From Deltaproteobacteria bacterium (lineage in GTDB: Bacteria > Desulfobacterota > Syntrophia > Syntrophales > UBA2185): a stretch of DNA of 64,000 nt. The position numbers and the translations under genes were made by a program. The stretch covers positions 9,103 through 73,102 of the forward strand of contig JAPLJS010000075.1 of NCBI GenBank assembly GCA_026388545.1, read 5' to 3'. The notes under the pieces were generated by a model. It was not told the origin of the DNA. It saw only the letters and a list, made by a program, of their open reading frames with translations, and did not search any database. Shown one piece after another: positions 62,475-64,000 of the stretch; positions within the stretch are counted from its first letter, which is position 1; the number at the start of each line of letters is the position of its first letter.

Positions 62475-64000
62475 ATGTTTGATTTTTTGAAAAATAAGGA
62501 AGACGATTATACGAAAACCACAATTCCCTTATTGCCGTTGAGAGATGTCGTTGTTTTTCCGCATATGATTGTGCCGCTTTTTGTAGGCAGAGAAAAATCC
62601 ATTGCCGCGCTCGAGTCTGCAATGAAAACTGAAAGAGGCATATTCATGGTAGCACAGAAGAATGCTCAGAAGGATGAACCAACCGAAAATGATATATATA
62701 AAGTCGGTTGCATAGGCGTTATTATTCAGCTATTAAGGCTTCCCGACGGGACAGTTAAAGTACTTGTTGAAGGAAAGAAAAGGGGAATTATTAAAGAATA
62801 CTTACCTAATGAAGATTTCTTCACGGTTAATGTCGAAGAAATTCAGGATGTCGATGAAAAAAATCAGGTAAAGACTGAAGCCTTAACGAGAAATATACGA
62901 GACTCATTTGAAACTTATGCGAAACTCAGTAAGAAAGTCCATATGGAGATGGTCAGCACAATATCGACGATAGACAACCCTTCGAAATTAGCGGATGTTG
63001 TCATATCTCACATAAACCTTAAACTTGAAGAAAAACAAAAATTATTGGAGCTTTTCAACATCAATGACCGGCTTGAATCTGTATACGAGCTCATGCTCGG
63101 CGAGATTGAGATTATGGAGGTTGAAGAAAAGATAAAGCGAAGGGTCAAAAAGCAAATGGAGAAGACCCAGAAAGACTATTACCTGAATGAGCAAATGCGA
63201 GCCATCCAGAAAGAAATGGGTGAGAAGGATGAATTTAGAAATGAAATAGCCGAACTGGAAAAAAGGCTGAAACAAAAAAAATTATCTGAAGAGGCATTTA
63301 AGAAGGTTAAGCATGAGATAAAGAAGCTACAAATGATGGCTCCCATGTCTGCCGAGGCAACGGTAGTGAGGAATTATATTGATTGGTTATTGGATATGCC
63401 CTGGTCTGAAAAGACATTGAACAATCACACTCTTAAAGAATCAGAGATCATTCTGGACGAAGATCACTACGGCTTGAAACAGGTCAAGGAAAGGATACTC
63501 GAATACCTTGCTGTTCAGTCTCTGGTGAAAAAAAATAAAGGACCTATCCTTTGCTTCGTTGGTCCGCCAGGGGTTGGAAAAACTTCTGTGGCCAAATCAG
63601 TTGCCCGGGCGACAAATAGAAAATTTGTGAGGATTTCACTTGGCGGCGTTAGAGACGAAGCCGAAATTAGAGGACACAGAAGAACCTATATAGGAGCCTT
63701 ACCCGGAAAGATCATTCAGCTTATGAAAAAAGCAGGGTCGAATAATCCTGTATTTTGCCTCGACGAAGTAGATAAACTTAGTTCTGATTTCAGAGGAGAT
63801 CCTTCATCAGCACTGCTCGAAGTACTTGACCCAGAACAAAATAATTCCTTTAACGATAATTACTTAGAGGTTGATTATGATCTTTCTGATGTAATGTTTA
63901 TAACAACGGCAAATATTCTTCAGACGATACCTGCACCTTTACAGGACAGAATGGAAGTGATTCGCCTTGCCGGCTATACCGAACCGGAAAAGTTAGGTAT
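62475..64000 (+). CDS. lon: Lon protease, N-terminal ~508 codons (runs off the right edge)
   Basis: Not in the ORF track because it is open at the window edge. My translation from the ATG at 62475 reads [43 protein letters not shown].... Walker [10 protein letters not shown] lies near 63560. Confidence 0.9.
   Translation, partial: MFDFLKNKEDDYTKTTIPLLPLRDVVVFPHMIVPLFVGREKSIAALESAMKTERGIFMVAQKNAQKDEPTENDIYKVGCIGVIIQLLRLPDGTVKVLVEGKKRGIIKEYLPNEDFFTVNVEEIQDVDEKNQVKTEALTRNIRDSFETYAKLSKKVHMEMVSTISTIDNPSKLADVVISHINLKLEEKQKLLELFNINDRLESVYELMLGEIEIMEVEEKIKRRVKKQMEKTQKDYYLNEQMRAIQKEMGEKDEFRNEIAELEKRLKQKKLSEEAFKKVKHEIKKLQMMAPMSAEATVVRNYIDWLLDMPWSEKTLNNHTLKESEIILDEDHYGLKQVKERILEYLAVQSLVKKNKGPILCFVGPPGVGKTSVAKSVARATNRKFVRISLGGVRDEAEIRGHRRTYIGALPGKIIQLMKKAGSNNPVFCLDEVDKLSSDFRGDPSSALLEVLDPEQNNSFNDNYLEVDYDLSDVMFITTANILQTIPAPLQDRMEVIRLAGYTEPEKLG

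Overview
Bacterial chromosomal window in which two housekeeping blocks flank a ~24-kb accessory tract. The housekeeping blocks look AT-leaning, roughly low-40s % GC by eye; this was not computed. All family names below come from motif recognition by eye, because no database search was possible.

Left block (1-16.8 kb): partial glgB, a DUF4139-like secreted protein, two tandem MtaD-family deaminases, tRNA-Leu(UAA), a REC-PAS-LuxR regulator and an RCK-gated K+ channel. It continues with a MaoC dehydratase, a nitroreductase, cstA, a 2-hydroxyacid dehydrogenase, an FAD oxidoreductase, pepA and oppD.

Accessory tract (16.8-41.0 kb), which separates oppD from its partner oppF:
(i) A periplasmic-binding-protein gene, a hybrid histidine kinase and a beta-eliminating lyase.
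(ii) A 148-bp relic of a second oppD allele that differs from the intact gene only at synonymous sites.
(iii) A visibly GC-rich, heavily mosaic Type I R-M operon: hsdM, an AAA/DUF4143 cassette, an hsdM 3' relic, a frameshifted DUF4062-RecG-like gene, an orphan tail fragment, hsdS, a Zn-ribbon gene, a 1651-aa P-loop NTPase, an internally deleted fic, hsdR and a DUF45 peptidase.

The best candidate for an undescribed system is the Zn-ribbon gene plus the giant P-loop NTPase wedged between hsdS and hsdR. That is the slot occupied by prrC in the EcoprrI locus. The DUF4062 fusion gene is a second candidate.

Right block (41-64 kb): oppF, a MATE pump, miaA, a PPIase, a DUF2520-panB operon with a terminator-containing leader, a HAD phosphatase, tilS-ftsH-folP, acpS, tsaE, lysC, comEA and an SLT transglycosylase. 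It ends with tRNA-Pro(GGG), an AT-rich two-gene islet, tRNA-Leu(UAG) and tig-clpP-clpX-lon (lon partial).

A 147/183-bp MITE with 17-18-bp terminal inverted repeats and 9-bp target-site duplications occurs twice. I saw no rRNA, CRISPR array, integrase or transposase gene.
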